This document shows, piece by piece, positions 1 to 11,231 of a stretch of 64,000 nt of DNA (position 1 is the stretch's first letter; every line of letters begins with the position of its first letter). The notes beneath the pieces are model-generated. The model made no database searches. It had not been told where the DNA came from and saw nothing but the letters and a program-made list of their open reading frames with translations. The DNA comes from Candidatus Omnitrophota bacterium (GTDB taxonomy: Bacteria > Omnitrophota > Gorgyraeia > Zapsychrales > Zapsychraceae): contig DPIG01000078.1 in NCBI GenBank assembly GCA_003522725.1, positions 18,746 through 82,745 of the forward strand. The letters are read 5' to 3'. The translations under genes and the position numbers were made by a program.

Positions 1-306
1 ACCGTGCATCAGATGTTTGGCGCGGATGATCTTGCCGCCGTAAGCATAGCCGATGGCCTGGTGGCCGAGACACACGCCCAGGATGGGAATTTTCCCCGTG
101 AAATGCCGGATGAGGTCAATGCAGATGCCGGCGTCTTCCGGGCGTCCCGGGCCGGGCGAAATGACGATCTTCTCCGGCTTCATGTCCTTGATCTGGTCGA
201 GCGTCAGCGCGTCATTACGGCAGACTTTCAGATCGGCCCCCAGCTCGCCGAAATACTGGACGAGGTTGTAGGTGAAGGAATCGTAGTTGTCGAGCATCAG
301 GATCAT
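1..306 (-). CDS. Glutamine amidotransferase component II of anthranilate/aminodeoxychorismate synthase (TrpG/PabA family). N-terminal 102 codons only; the gene runs off the window start.
   Basis: Minus-strand translation from the ATG at 304-306 reads [102 protein letters not shown]. This is the classic class-I GATase N-terminus and the catalytic Cys region GVCLGHQ. Not in the ORF track because it hits the window edge. Confidence 0.8.
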   Translation of the reverse strand, partial: MILMLDNYDSFTYNLVQYFGELGADLKVCRNDALTLDQIKDMKPEKIVISPGPGRPEDAGICIDLIRHFTGKIPILGVCLGHQAIGYAYGGKIIRAKHLMHG

Positions 307-319
307 AAATTTGTCCACA

Positions 320-396
320 AAGTTAGTGGTCGGTGCTCAGTGGTCAGTGTTCAGATTATTTTTCTGACCACTGAGCACTGATCTCTGACCACTGCT
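320..396 (-). promoter_or_regulatory. Long imperfect hairpin in the murA-trpG intergenic region (no U-tract)
   Basis: GTGCTCAGTGGTCAG (334-348) pairs perfectly with CTGACCACTGAGCAC (365-379) around a 16-nt loop. A second shorter stem extends it (AGTGGTC 325-331 / GACCACT 387-393). Each arm carries the direct repeat CAGTGGTCAG. It lies about 25 nt upstream of the trpG ATG. Confidence 0.4.
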
Positions 397-1659
397 TCAT
401 TCCTTTTCCCTGCTTATTCTCGCTCCCAACGCGAGCAGTTTTTCATCGAGGTCCTCGTACCCGCGCTCCAGATGGTACATGCGGTGGATCTCGGTGCGGC
501 CTTTGGCCGCCAATCCGGCGATGACCAGCCCGGCGGACGCGCGCAAGTCCGAGGCCATGACCGGCGCGCCGTACAGCACTTTGACCCCCTGTACGATCGC
601 GCTGGTCCCTTCCCTTTGAATATCGGCACCCATACGGTTTAACTCGGCGACGTGGATGAACCGGTCCGGATACACCCGCTCGGTAATGACGCTCACCCCC
701 GGCGTGACCGCCATGAGAGCCATGAACTGCGCCTGCAGATCCGTCGGGAACCCCGGGTATGGATGGGTCGTGATCCCCACCGGCGTCAATGTTTTTTTTG
801 CTTTCACCCTGATCGCGTTTTTTTCCTGGATAATATCGACCCCGGCTTGTTTGAGCTTGTCGATCAGGGCCCACAAATGCGCGTAATCCGCGCCTTTGAC
901 GCGGACGTTGCCGCGCGTGGCCGCGGCGAGCAAAATGTACGTCCCGGCTTCGATGCGGTCGGGGATTACGTCAAAGGAAACGCCTTTTAATTTTTTGACG
1001 CCCATGACGATCAGACGGTAGCTCCCGGTCCCTTCGATCTTCGCGCCCATGGCTTTCAGGAAATGGCAAAGGTTCTCGATCTCCGGCTCGCAGGCGGCGG
1101 ATTCGATGATCGTCGTCCCCTGGGCCAGGGTCGCGGCCATGAGGACGTTGGCGGTCGCCAGGACCGATGAGCCAAAAATTCCTCCGAGATAAACAGAAGT
1201 CCCTTTCAGACGTTTTGCCTGACTGACCACGTACCCGTTCTCAATCTCGAATTTCGCCCCCAGTGCGCCCAGGCCTTTTAAATGGAGATCCACGGGACGC
1301 ACGCCGATGATACAACCTCCGGGTAAAGACACGTTCGCCTTGCCAAGCTTGGCCAGCAGCGGCCCCAGAACGCAGAACGACCCGCGCATCGTGGAGACTA
1401 ATTTATAATCCGCGATGTGATGCAGGGGGCCTTTGGACTCAACGACGACCGTACTGCCGGTCATCTCCACCTTTTTGCCCAGCGACCGTAAAAGTTTGAT
1501 CATCGTCATGACGTCGCGCAATTTGGGCACGCGGCGGATGGTGCACGGCGCGTCGGTCAAAAGTGTCGCTGCCATGATCGGCAAAACCGCGTTCTTGGAG
1601 CCCGAGATCTCGACTTCGCCTTCCAGGGGTTTGCCCCCTTCGATCACCAGCTTTTCCAT
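397..1659 (-). CDS. murA: UDP-N-acetylglucosamine 1-carboxyvinyltransferase
   Basis: Full-length MurA-like translation (MEKLVIEGG...GSKNAVLPIMAA...). Start taken at the internal Met because the ORF N-extension overlaps prmC. Confidence 0.9.
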   Translation of the reverse strand: MEKLVIEGGKPLEGEVEISGSKNAVLPIMAATLLTDAPCTIRRVPKLRDVMTMIKLLRSLGKKVEMTGSTVVVESKGPLHHIADYKLVSTMRGSFCVLGPLLAKLGKANVSLPGGCIIGVRPVDLHLKGLGALGAKFEIENGYVVSQAKRLKGTSVYLGGIFGSSVLATANVLMAATLAQGTTIIESAACEPEIENLCHFLKAMGAKIEGTGSYRLIVMGVKKLKGVSFDVIPDRIEAGTYILLAAATRGNVRVKGADYAHLWALIDKLKQAGVDIIQEKNAIRVKAKKTLTPVGITTHPYPGFPTDLQAQFMALMAVTPGVSVITERVYPDRFIHVAELNRMGADIQREGTSAIVQGVKVLYGAPVMASDLRASAGLVIAGLAAKGRTEIHRMYHLERGYEDLDEKLLALGARISREKE

Positions 1660-2485
1660 GTGTGTGTGTCCTTTTGTTCGCAAACCGACAGGGTCGTTTG
1701 CGAACAAACGACCCTGTCGGTTTGGGTATGGTCCGGATAAAAACGAATGTTCCGGTAAAACGGGTTCTTTTCCAGCAACGCTTCAACGGGCGCGGCCTGG
1801 CCGTCACCGATCTCAAAAAACAAGTAACCCTCCGGCTTTAAATATTGGTGGACGCGGCGGATGATGGTTTCGTAGAAGCGCAATCCGTCCGCTCCGCCGT
1901 CCAGGGCCAGGCGCGGCTCCTGTTGCACGTCCCTGGGCAGATGGTCCAGTGCCGACGTCTTAATATACGGCGGATTCGAGACAATACAATCAAAATTTTT
2001 CATCCACGCGCGGTTGGCCACGAGGCTCTCGCGCATATCTTCGCGTAAAAACCGGATCTTTTCCGTCACACCGTTTGCCGCGGCGTTACACCTGGCAACG
2101 CTAATGGCCTCTTCAGAGATATCCAGCGCCGTAACATGACATGGGTCGATCGCCTTCGCCAGGGCGATAGCGATATTGCCTGAACCCGTTCCGAGGTCGA
2201 GCACGCGGCAAGGTTTCGATAATTTACTTGATTTAAGCTTTTGAAGGATCGTATCGACCAGGATTTCGGTTTCAGGACGGGGGATCAGGACGCAAGGGTT
2301 GACGGCAAGGGCACTGCCTAAAAAGTCGCATTCGCCCAAAACATATTGGAGCGGTTCGCCATTCTGATAACGCGCGCGCATTGAATCGTACTCTTTTTGC
2401 TCATCCGGGGTGAGCGGCCGCGGGTCCGCGTAGAGATCGACGCGCCGGCATTTGCGGACCGCGGTCAGCAATAGTTCGTCCGCGT

Positions 2486-2489
<4 letters not shown>
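1644..2489 (-). CDS. prmC: Release factor glutamine N5-methyltransferase
   Basis: NPPY motif (IVSNPPYI), SAM-MTase motifs ([15 protein letters not shown]), immediately downstream of prfA. Confidence 0.9.
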
Positions 2490-3547
<1,058 letters not shown>

Positions 3548-3550
3548 GAG

Positions 3551-3754
3551 TTATTTGTTTTTCTTGTAACGTTTGGCGAAACGTTCGATACGTCCGGCGG
3601 TGTCCACGAATTTCTTGTCCCCTGTAAAGAACGGATGACATTGGGAACAGATCTCGACACGGATGTTTTTTCGGGTCGAGCGCGTGTGGATGACGTTCCC
3701 GCAGGCGCAGGTGATTGTTGTTTCTTCGTATGACGGGTGTAGCTCGGCTTTCAT
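3551..3754 (-). CDS. rpmE: 50S ribosomal protein L31
   Basis: MKAELHPSY...CACGN...[10 protein letters not shown], typical zinc-ribbon L31, 67 aa. Confidence 0.9.
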   Translation of the reverse strand: MKAELHPSYEETTITCACGNVIHTRSTRKNIRVEICSQCHPFFTGDKKFVDTAGRIERFAKRYKKNK

Positions 3755-3777
3755 GGTACTTGAACTCCTTTCGTCAA

Positions 3778-5208
3778 TTATAGTTTACTCAGATTCTCCA
3801 AAAAGTCCTTGTTGGATTTGAATTTACTGATCCGGGCGATGAGGAGCTCCATCGCTTCGGCGGCGTTGAGGTCGTGAATGGCCTTGCGCAACAGCCAAAC
3901 CCTCTGCAGGTCGTCCGAGGGGATGAGCCTTTCTTCATGGCGCGTGTTGGAGCGCCGGATGTCGATGGCCGGGTAGATGCGCCGCTGGAAGAGGTTGCGG
4001 TCCAGCTGTAATTCCATGTTACCCGTTCCCTTGAACTCTTCAAAAATAACTTCGTCCATGCGGCTTCCGGTGTCGACCAGGGCCGTGGCGATGACGGTCA
4101 AGCTGCCGCCTTCTTCGACCGCGCGGGCCGCGCCGAAAAAGCGTTTGGGTTTATGGAGCGCGTTGGAATCCACACCGCCGGAAAGGATCTTCCCGCTGTG
4201 GGGAACGACTGTGTTGTACGCCCGGGCCAGACGCGTGATGCTGTCCAAAAGAATGACGACATCGCGCTTGTGTTCCACAAGACGTTTCGCCTTTTCCAGG
4301 ACCATTTCGGCGATCTGGACGTGGCGTTCGGGCGGTTCGTCGAAAGTCGACGCGACGACTTCGCCGCGCACGCTGCGCTGCATGTCGGTGACCTCTTCGG
4401 GACGCTCGTCGATCAAAAGGACCATCAGGACAACGTCCGGATGATTGTGCATGATCGAATTGGCGATCTTTTGCAATAAAACCGTTTTACCGCTGTAGGG
4501 CGGCGCGACGATGAGCGCGCGCTGCCCCTTGCCGATGGGCGTGATCAAATCCATCAACCGCATGGAGATCTCATCAGATTTCGTCTCCAGGACCATACGG
4601 TCCTGCGGGTAGATCGGCGTGAGGTTGTCGAAAAAGATCTTCTCCTTGCACTTTTCCGGGTTTTCATAGTTGACGGCCTCGACTTTCAGAAGCGCGAAAT
4701 ATTTTTCGCCTTCTTTGGGCGGACGGATATGCCCGCTGACCGTGTCGCCCGTCTTGAGGTCGAACCGGCGGATCTGCGACGGGGAAATGTAGATATCGTC
4801 CGGGCAAGGAAGATAGTTGTAGTTAACACTGCGCAGGAAACCAAAACCTTCCTGCAGGATCTCGAGGGTCCCTTCCCCGAACATCAACCCGGCCTTCTCC
4901 GCCTTTCCTTGCAGGATCTTGAAAATGAGGTCCTGCTTGCGGATGCCGCTGATGCCGTTGATGCCCATGTCCCGGGCGTATTTGGACAGCTCGGCCACGC
5001 TCATGTTCTTGAGCTTGGTGATGTCCAGCTGGTCTTCCTGGCCCTGTGAGGGTTGGACGTTATTTTGCGCGGCGTGGGTGACGGGGCTGATGGGCTCCGA
5101 AACTTCCCTTTTCGCGCTTGTTCTTTCCTTCGCGGACACGGGTCTTTCCCGTTCCACGCCAGATTCCGATTCGGTTACTTTTTTGCTCTTTGTGTCAGTT
5201 TTTGCCAT
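3778..5208 (-). CDS. rho: Transcription termination factor Rho, with a charged N-terminal extension of about 60 aa
   Basis: RNA-binding OB domain, Walker A (PPYSGKT), Q/R loops, 476 aa. The N-terminus is K/E/S-rich low complexity before the conserved [11 protein letters not shown]. Confidence 0.9.
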   Translation of the reverse strand: MAKTDTKSKKVTESESGVERERPVSAKERTSAKREVSEPISPVTHAAQNNVQPSQGQEDQLDITKLKNMSVAELSKYARDMGINGISGIRKQDLIFKILQGKAEKAGLMFGEGTLEILQEGFGFLRSVNYNYLPCPDDIYISPSQIRRFDLKTGDTVSGHIRPPKEGEKYFALLKVEAVNYENPEKCKEKIFFDNLTPIYPQDRMVLETKSDEISMRLMDLITPIGKGQRALIVAPPYSGKTVLLQKIANSIMHNHPDVVLMVLLIDERPEEVTDMQRSVRGEVVASTFDEPPERHVQIAEMVLEKAKRLVEHKRDVVILLDSITRLARAYNTVVPHSGKILSGGVDSNALHKPKRFFGAARAVEEGGSLTVIATALVDTGSRMDEVIFEEFKGTGNMELQLDRNLFQRRIYPAIDIRRSNTRHEERLIPSDDLQRVWLLRKAIHDLNAAEAMELLIARISKFKSNKDFLENLSKL

Positions 5209-5771
5209 ATTGCCTTTACCTGTTTATGTGTTTGTTGTTTGGTTGTACTGTTATCTATGATAATATCCGCGCGGCGGATTTTGTCACGTAACGGCATCTG
5301 CGCTTTGATGCGGCGCAGCGCCTCCGTGCGTGTTATTTTTAAAGACCTGCGGGAACGTTCGATCTGACTGCGCCTTGAGGCGGCGACCACGATGGTCGTG
5401 TCCACGTAACGGTTGAACCCGGCCTCGAACAACAACGGGACTTCGATAACCGCGATTTCTCCGCCCCGGTATTTTTTTAACTCTTCGTTAACGCCTGATC
5501 GTACCGTTGGATGGACGATTCTTTCCAGACGTTTTAATTTGCGCTTGTCGTTAAAAACAACGGCTGCCAGTTTTTTGCGGTCGATACCGCTTTCGCCGGC
5601 GATCTGCGTCCCGAAAGCACGGATGACCGGCGCGTAACAGCATCCGCCGCGGCGGAGTTCCCTGTGGACGATCCTGTCCGCGTCAATGACCTTCGCGCCC
5701 AGCCGCGCGAACATCGCAGTCACGGTTGACTTTCCGGTTGCCAAACCCCCTGTCAAGCCGACAACAAGCAT
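5175..5771 (-). CDS. coaE: Dephospho-CoA kinase
   Basis: [18 protein letters not shown]-loop at the N-terminus. Start placed at ATG 5769-5771; the ORF track's longer N-extension overlaps glgA. Confidence 0.8.
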   Translation of the reverse strand: MLVVGLTGGLATGKSTVTAMFARLGAKVIDADRIVHRELRRGGCCYAPVIRAFGTQIAGESGIDRKKLAAVVFNDKRKLKRLERIVHPTVRSGVNEELKKYRGGEIAVIEVPLLFEAGFNRYVDTTIVVAASRRSQIERSRRSLKITRTEALRRIKAQMPLRDKIRRADIIIDNSTTKQQTHKQVKAIWQKLTQRAKK

Positions 5772-7162
5772 TGGTATACCTTGATGTATTCCCCGGCCGC
5801 GTGCTCCCACGAAAAATCCGCGGCCAACGCGTTTTGCCGCAAAGTGTAGAATTTCTCCTGGTCGCCGTAGATATCGATCGCCTGGCGCAGCGCCTGAAAA
5901 AAATCTTTTTTCGTGAAACGGTTGAACAAGATCCCGTCGCCTTTGGAAAGCGCGGCGTTGAAGGATTCGACCGTGTCCGCCAGCCCGCCGGTCTTAAAGG
6001 CGATCGGGACCGTGCCGTAGGCCATGCTGATCATCTGGCTCAAACCGCAGGGTTCGAAGCGCGAAGGCATCAAAAAGAAGTCCGCGCCCGCGTAAACCTG
6101 GTGCGCCAGAGAATCGTTAAATTCGAAATTGGCCCATATCTTCTTCGGGTATTTGTCCGTGTACGCCTTGATCTGTTTTTCGTACTGCCGCTCACCGGTC
6201 CCGAGCATGACGACCTGGACATCCAGGGCTAAAAACTGTTCCATCACCTCCAGGATCAGGTCCACGCCTTTTTGGTGGACCAGGCGGCTCACGAACGCGA
6301 ACAGCGGCGCGTCGTCGCGCTGCGGCAGTTTCAGCAGCTGCTGCAGTTTTGCCTTGTTGGCCGTTTTCCCGTGCATCAGCTCGTCTTTCGCGTATGTTCG
6401 CGCGATCTTTTGATCGGTCGCCGGGTTCCAGACATCGTGACTTATGCCGTTGATGATCCCCTCGACCGGCTCCCGCCGCGACTTCAACACACCCTCAAGC
6501 CCGCACCCGAACTCTTTGGTCAGGATTTCCTTCGCGTATTGTTGGCTGACCGTGGTCACCTTGTCGCTCGCGACGATCCCGCCTTTAAGGAAGTTGATCT
6601 GGCCGAAATATTCCAGATAATGCGCTGAATTGTACGTTGCCGGCAAGTTCAATTTCGGATAACGCTCCCGCGGGAACACGCCCTGGTGCGCCATGTTATG
6701 GATCGTCAAAATGGTCCTGGCCGATGCCAAAGAACTGTTTTTGTACTGATCTTTCAAATAGATCGGGATCAGCGCCGTGTGCCAGTCGTGGCAATGGATG
6801 ATGTCCGTTTTTTTCCGGAGTTGTTCAAGAGTCTTTAAGACCCTTGAACAAAAATACTGAAACCGTTCCAGATTGTCCGGATAATCGTCGCCGTTGTCCC
6901 CGTAGATACCGTCGCGTTTCCCGTAATAGTCGTGCTCGATGAAATAAACGTCCAGGTTCGGCGAAAGAACCGCGCGGGAAAGGTGCTTGTCCACCGGCGT
7001 GATGCCGAATTTTTTCGCGTCGATAAATTTATAACGCGGTAAAAGGATCGTGACTGAAACGTCCCTTTTGGCCAATGCCAGCGGCAATGAACCGCACACA
7101 TCGCCAAGTCCGCCCGTTTGAGCGAAGGGGACCGCCTCCACGGCGCAAAAAGTTATATGCAT
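5753..7162 (-). CDS. glgA: Glycogen/starch synthase (GT5, ADP-glucose type)
   Basis: N-terminal KTGGLGDV motif (AQTGGLGDVCGSLP), 469 aa. Confidence 0.85.
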   Translation of the reverse strand: MHITFCAVEAVPFAQTGGLGDVCGSLPLALAKRDVSVTILLPRYKFIDAKKFGITPVDKHLSRAVLSPNLDVYFIEHDYYGKRDGIYGDNGDDYPDNLERFQYFCSRVLKTLEQLRKKTDIIHCHDWHTALIPIYLKDQYKNSSLASARTILTIHNMAHQGVFPRERYPKLNLPATYNSAHYLEYFGQINFLKGGIVASDKVTTVSQQYAKEILTKEFGCGLEGVLKSRREPVEGIINGISHDVWNPATDQKIARTYAKDELMHGKTANKAKLQQLLKLPQRDDAPLFAFVSRLVHQKGVDLILEVMEQFLALDVQVVMLGTGERQYEKQIKAYTDKYPKKIWANFEFNDSLAHQVYAGADFFLMPSRFEPCGLSQMISMAYGTVPIAFKTGGLADTVESFNAALSKGDGILFNRFTKKDFFQALRQAIDIYGDQEKFYTLRQNALAADFSWEHAAGEYIKVYQCLLSA

Positions 7163-7163
7163 C

Positions 7164-9698
7164 TCATGCTTCTTTCGTCTCCAGCCAGTTCGCGCCCGTC
7201 TTGACGCTCACCTTGATGGGCACGGATAATTCCATTTGTGTTGCTTCCGGCGACACAAATGGGTGTTCCATCCGCCCGCGTAATAACTCAACGACCTCTT
7301 CTTTTTCTTCGCCAGGCACGTCCAGGACCAGTTCGTCATGAACGGTGATCAAGATCTGTGATGCCAGCTTGCGCTTTTTGATCTCGCGGTGGATATCGAT
7401 CATCGCCAATTTCATCAGGTCCGCCGCGGAACCCTGCACCGGCGTGTTGATCGCCTGGCGCCGGGCGAATTGTTTCATGGATTCGTTGGGGCTGTTGATC
7501 TCCGGAATATAGCGCCGGCGGTTCAGCAATGTCGTCACGAACCCCTTCTCTTCGCACTGGCGGATAGCGTTATCCATAAAATCCTTCACCTTCGGGTAAC
7601 GCGAGAAATATTTGTCAATGAACTCTTGAGCATCGCTTTGAGAGATGCCCAAGTCCTTGGCCAGGCCGAACGCGCTCATCCCGTAAATGATGCCGAAATT
7701 GACGCGCTTGGCGTTGTCGCGCATCTGCGGCGTCACGTCTTTTTCCGCGACATCAAAGATCAATGACGCGGTGTACGCGTGAATGTCCTGGTTCTCCTGG
7801 AAGGCCTTCACCAGTCCGGGGTCGCGCGTGATGTGCGCCAGGATGCGTAATTCAATTTGTGAATAATCCGCGGCCACGATCACGTGACCGGCCTTCAAAG
7901 GAATAAACGCCTTGCGGATCTCGCGGCCCAGCTCGGTGCGGATCGGGATATTTTGTAAATTCGGCTGACTCGAACTCAACCGCCCCGTTTCCGTTCCGGT
8001 CTGATGGAACAGCGCGTGGACGCGCCCCGTTTTCGGGTTGACCAGCGCGGGTAAGGCGTCGATATAGGTCGATTTGAGTTTCGCCAGCTGACGGTATTCT
8101 AAAATAAGCGCCGGGACCTCGTGCTTTGGCGCGAGGACGGTCAAAACCCCTTCGTCGGTCGAAAAACCCGTTTTGGTTTTCTTGACCGTGGGTAGTTTCA
8201 AATCTTCAAAGAGCACCCGGCTTAATTGCTTCGGGGAGTTGAGATTGAATTCTTTGCCGGAGAGCCGGTAAATCTGTTGCGTCAAATTCCCGATCTTGCG
8301 TTCACATTCTTTGGAAAGCCCGTGCAGCAACGCGATGTCCAGCTTCACCCCGCAGATTTCCATGTCCGCCAGAACGAACGCCAACGGAATTTCGATTTCG
8401 CTGAGTAGCTTTTTCAGGGATTTCTCCTTCACCTCTTTGCTCAAGACCGGGTACATCTCCCACAACAGGGCCGCGCGGCGCGCGGGCGGCTGTTCCATAA
8501 AATTCAATTGAGCTTGCGGATTGCCGGCCAGATACCCGGCCAGAAAGACGTCGAAAACTTTTCCTTCCAGCGCCACGTCTTGCGCTTTGAGCAGTTTGAC
8601 GGTTTCTTTCAAGTCGTACGTGACTTTTTCGATTCCCTTGTCCTCGAAGACCTCTTTCCAATCCGCCATCTGATCGAGGGTGACCGCGCAATGTTCCGTT
8701 GGGCCGCTCGAAAGGATCAATTGCCGCGCCGCGCCCTCAGCCAAAACGGCGAAACGTCCGGCCGTTTTGATTTTCCTAACCCACTCCCCGATCTTTTCTT
8801 TATCCGCCAACGGTTGAACATCGGGGTGTGCTTCTTCGGTTTGACCGGCCGCGGCGAGTTCTTTGGCGAACCGGTGGAATTCCAGTTCCTGGAACATCTC
8901 GAGCAGGCGGTTTTGTTGGGGTTCTCTGACCTTCAAGCATTCCAGTCGCAGATCAAGCGGTACTCCGGTTTCCAGGACAGCCAGCTCCTTGCTTAAAACA
9001 GCTTGTTCCCTGTTTTGTTCCAACTTTTCACGTACCTTTGCCGATTTGATCTTGTCCAGATGCCGGAAGATGTCCTCGAGACTGCCAAAATCATTGATCA
9101 GTTGCCTCGCGGTCACTTCGCCGATGCCTTTGACCCCGGGAATGTTATCCGCATTGTCCCCGGCCAACGCGATGAAATCCGTCATCCGGCGCGGGTCGAA
9201 CCCCAAATGTTCTTTGAGCGTCTGGTATTCCCAGATAGCGTCTTTGCGCGCGCTAAAAAAAGACATGCGCTCGCCGGCCAACTGATACATGTCCTTGTCA
9301 TCGCTGACAATGACGACTTCGATATCTTTGTCCTTCGCGGCGCGCGCGATCGTGGCGATGATGTCATCCGCCTCGAACCCGGGCGATTCAAAGAGCGCCA
9401 GGTTATACGCGGTCACCACGTCCTTGATCACGGGCATCTGGTCGATCAGGTCCCGCGGCATGACCGGCCGCTGGACCTTGTAGGCGTTAAATTTTTCCTG
9501 GCGGTGCGTCTTGCCCGGGGAATCGAAACAAACGGCCATGTATTGCGGCTGATACTCCCGCAGGATTTTGCGCAGGGTGTTCACGAAACCATAAACCGCG
9601 TTTGTCTGCCGGCCCTTGCTCGTCGACAGGTCCTTGATGGCGAAGAATGAGCGGTAACACAGCGCGTGGGCATCGATCAAAAATAGCTTTGCCGCCAT
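7164..9698 (-). CDS. polA: DNA polymerase I
   Basis: 5'-3' exonuclease N-terminus (LIDAHALCYRSFFA), polymerase motifs (RRAAKAINFGLIYGMSAFGL, HDELVLD), 844 aa. Confidence 0.9.
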   Translation of the reverse strand: MAAKLFLIDAHALCYRSFFAIKDLSTSKGRQTNAVYGFVNTLRKILREYQPQYMAVCFDSPGKTHRQEKFNAYKVQRPVMPRDLIDQMPVIKDVVTAYNLALFESPGFEADDIIATIARAAKDKDIEVVIVSDDKDMYQLAGERMSFFSARKDAIWEYQTLKEHLGFDPRRMTDFIALAGDNADNIPGVKGIGEVTARQLINDFGSLEDIFRHLDKIKSAKVREKLEQNREQAVLSKELAVLETGVPLDLRLECLKVREPQQNRLLEMFQELEFHRFAKELAAAGQTEEAHPDVQPLADKEKIGEWVRKIKTAGRFAVLAEGAARQLILSSGPTEHCAVTLDQMADWKEVFEDKGIEKVTYDLKETVKLLKAQDVALEGKVFDVFLAGYLAGNPQAQLNFMEQPPARRAALLWEMYPVLSKEVKEKSLKKLLSEIEIPLAFVLADMEICGVKLDIALLHGLSKECERKIGNLTQQIYRLSGKEFNLNSPKQLSRVLFEDLKLPTVKKTKTGFSTDEGVLTVLAPKHEVPALILEYRQLAKLKSTYIDALPALVNPKTGRVHALFHQTGTETGRLSSSQPNLQNIPIRTELGREIRKAFIPLKAGHVIVAADYSQIELRILAHITRDPGLVKAFQENQDIHAYTASLIFDVAEKDVTPQMRDNAKRVNFGIIYGMSAFGLAKDLGISQSDAQEFIDKYFSRYPKVKDFMDNAIRQCEEKGFVTTLLNRRRYIPEINSPNESMKQFARRQAINTPVQGSAADLMKLAMIDIHREIKKRKLASQILITVHDELVLDVPGEEKEEVVELLRGRMEHPFVSPEATQMELSVPIKVSVKTGANWLETKEA

Positions 9699-9881
9699 CG
9701 TTTTTTTAAAAGATTTTGTTGTATCTGGAAGTCACAACTGGTTTGTTTGCCGTAGTGCAGAACAACTGCCGTACCGAACGCTCAACCCCGGGTTACATGC
9801 AACCTTTCACGCGATGCTCATCAACTATTTTAAACGCACTTCCCGGAAGCAACAGGATGAAAGGTAAAAAGAGGGTACCCA

Positions 9882-10256
9882 AATTTTACGACCGTAAAAT
9901 TTGCCCCGAAGGGGTTGCACGTTCAAATCCCTGCGGATTTGAACGTGCTTGCAAGGTAATCCCGGATTTTTGACCTTTATTTCTTGGGGGTTAAAAATTT
10001 GGGTTACCTCGGCAAGCGCGATTAAATCTTTTCTAGATTTAATCGGCCGACCCCCTCTGCTTTAGGCAGGGGCGGATTTTTCTATCGAAAAATCCGGGAT
10101 AAGAAGAACTATTTTCTCGGCGAACCACTACCTTAAAACAACATGCTAAGCATAATATATAAATAAAGCTTTGGCAAGGAAAAGTTTAGGAGTTTTATTC
10201 GCCCTTGGAAAGGGTTCCGGCGAATAACCCCCAGCGCTTTGATTTACGAAGTAAAT
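9882..10256 (-). other. Palindrome-dense noncoding region between polA and the upstream oxidoreductase gene. Candidate structured sRNA or regulatory region.
   Basis: At least 7 perfect or near-perfect hairpins. Five of the perfect ones: GATTTAC-GAA-GTAAATC (10236-10252), TTATTCGCC...GGCGAATAA (10196-10227), GGATTTTTC-tatc-GAAAAATCC (10073-10094), CGATTAAATCT-tttct-AGATTTAATCG (10020-10046), CACGTTCAAATCC-ctgc-GGATTTGAACGTG (9919-9948). A possible -35/-10 (TTGCCA...TATATT) sits near 10150-10185 on the minus strand. Confidence 0.35.
9893..9950 (-). terminator. Candidate intrinsic terminator on the minus strand
   Basis: On the minus strand a 13-bp stem is followed by CCCC-TTC-GGGG and then CAAATTTTA. 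It would end a minus-strand transcript that starts in the 10.0-10.27 kb region. Confidence 0.35.
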
Positions 10257-10270
10257 CAGCAGGGGGTGCG

Positions 10271-11230
10271 CTAACTAGCATTACTGTCGGCCATTTTGGG
10301 AGTCTTAAGCGCCGCGGCGACGGTTGCTCCCTGCTCTTCAAGCACGGTCACCAGCAGGAACCCCGCGTTTTCCTGCCCCGGGGCCGCGCCCGCCTCCTGG
10401 CGAGGCACGCAGGCGGCGTCCAGCGCGAAAACGCCTTCGATCCCGGTCTGGAACTGTTCGTTGACGCGGATCTTGCCGTCGGTGGTGACCGCCGGATCGG
10501 TCAAGACCCTGAAATCGACCGGCGCGTCCGGGAAGATAATGATCTGCGCCGCCAATACCTTGCCCGATTTAAGCCGGATGGCCTTCACGTCCCCTTCACC
10601 CAATATTTCGGCGATCGGATTCGCGGCAACCACACGCAGTTTGTTTTCCTGTCTGGCCCCGGTCAGCTGGCCGGTCGTATCCGCGTTCAGCAAGTCCTGC
10701 GCGATTTGGTCGCTGGTGACCACCCAGATGACCTCCTTGTCCCTTTTCAGAAATGCCGAAGCGATCGATACCCCGCGTGGGGAATCCGACTGGACCACCA
10801 CCGCGTCGATCAATGGCAGAAAGTCGAGGATCTGGTCGAGCTCGGTCAATTGCTGGAGCGTGTAAACACCGTTTTTATTCACACCTTTGATCTCGGGCAG
10901 TTTGTACCCGGGCGCGTCGGTGATAATCAGGACGTCGCCTTCGAAGGCCTGCTTGTCATCGGTCGTGACCTTGCATTTTTTGAGGTTGATGCGCGCGATT
11001 TTCTTGCCCGTCACGACATTGACGCGGTTTTTCTCGTAGTAGTCGTTGGGTTTGTAAAATATCTTTTTGTAATCGACCTCTTTGGCCAAAACGGGCGCGA
11101 ACAAGCCGCGGTCATAGGGATATTCGCCGTCGGTCAAAATGGTCGTCTCGCAGTCGGGCGCGAAGCGCCGGATCTCCTCGATGGCCCTGACCCCCGCGAT
11201 GGAACTGCCCAGAACAAGTATCTTTTTCAT
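10271..11230 (-). CDS. FAD-dependent pyridine nucleotide-disulfide oxidoreductase family protein with a degenerate second dinucleotide-binding motif
   Basis: Start at ATG 11228-11230 with RBS GGAGG. The N-terminus MKKILVLGSSIAGVRAIEEIRRF is a GxGxxG-type FAD fold. The expected second Rossmann motif is replaced by VVVQSDSPRG. 320 aa. The 403-aa ORF-track extension would overlap folD. Confidence 0.6.
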   Translation of the reverse strand: MKKILVLGSSIAGVRAIEEIRRFAPDCETTILTDGEYPYDRGLFAPVLAKEVDYKKIFYKPNDYYEKNRVNVVTGKKIARINLKKCKVTTDDKQAFEGDVLIITDAPGYKLPEIKGVNKNGVYTLQQLTELDQILDFLPLIDAVVVQSDSPRGVSIASAFLKRDKEVIWVVTSDQIAQDLLNADTTGQLTGARQENKLRVVAANPIAEILGEGDVKAIRLKSGKVLAAQIIIFPDAPVDFRVLTDPAVTTDGKIRVNEQFQTGIEGVFALDAACVPRQEAGAAPGQENAGFLLVTVLEEQGATVAAALKTPKMADSNAS

Positions 11231-11231
11231 A

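Noticed and set aside
4-381. Plus-strand 125-aa ORF at the window start
   Set aside because: The opposite strand over the same bases gives a clear GATase (TrpG/PabA) N-terminus, so the plus-strand frame is an antisense shadow ORF.
9918-9950. GTTCAAATCC, which resembles a tRNA T-arm and suggested a tRNA or tmRNA gene
   Set aside because: It is one arm of a perfect 13-bp palindrome (CACGTTCAAATCC/GGATTTGAACGTG), not a 5-bp T-stem. There is no acceptor stem, anticodon arm or CCA context on either strand.
9699-10270. Palindrome-rich, AT-richer region as a replication origin
   Set aside because: I could find no DnaA boxes (TTATCCACA/TGTGGATAA) and no dnaA or dnaN context.
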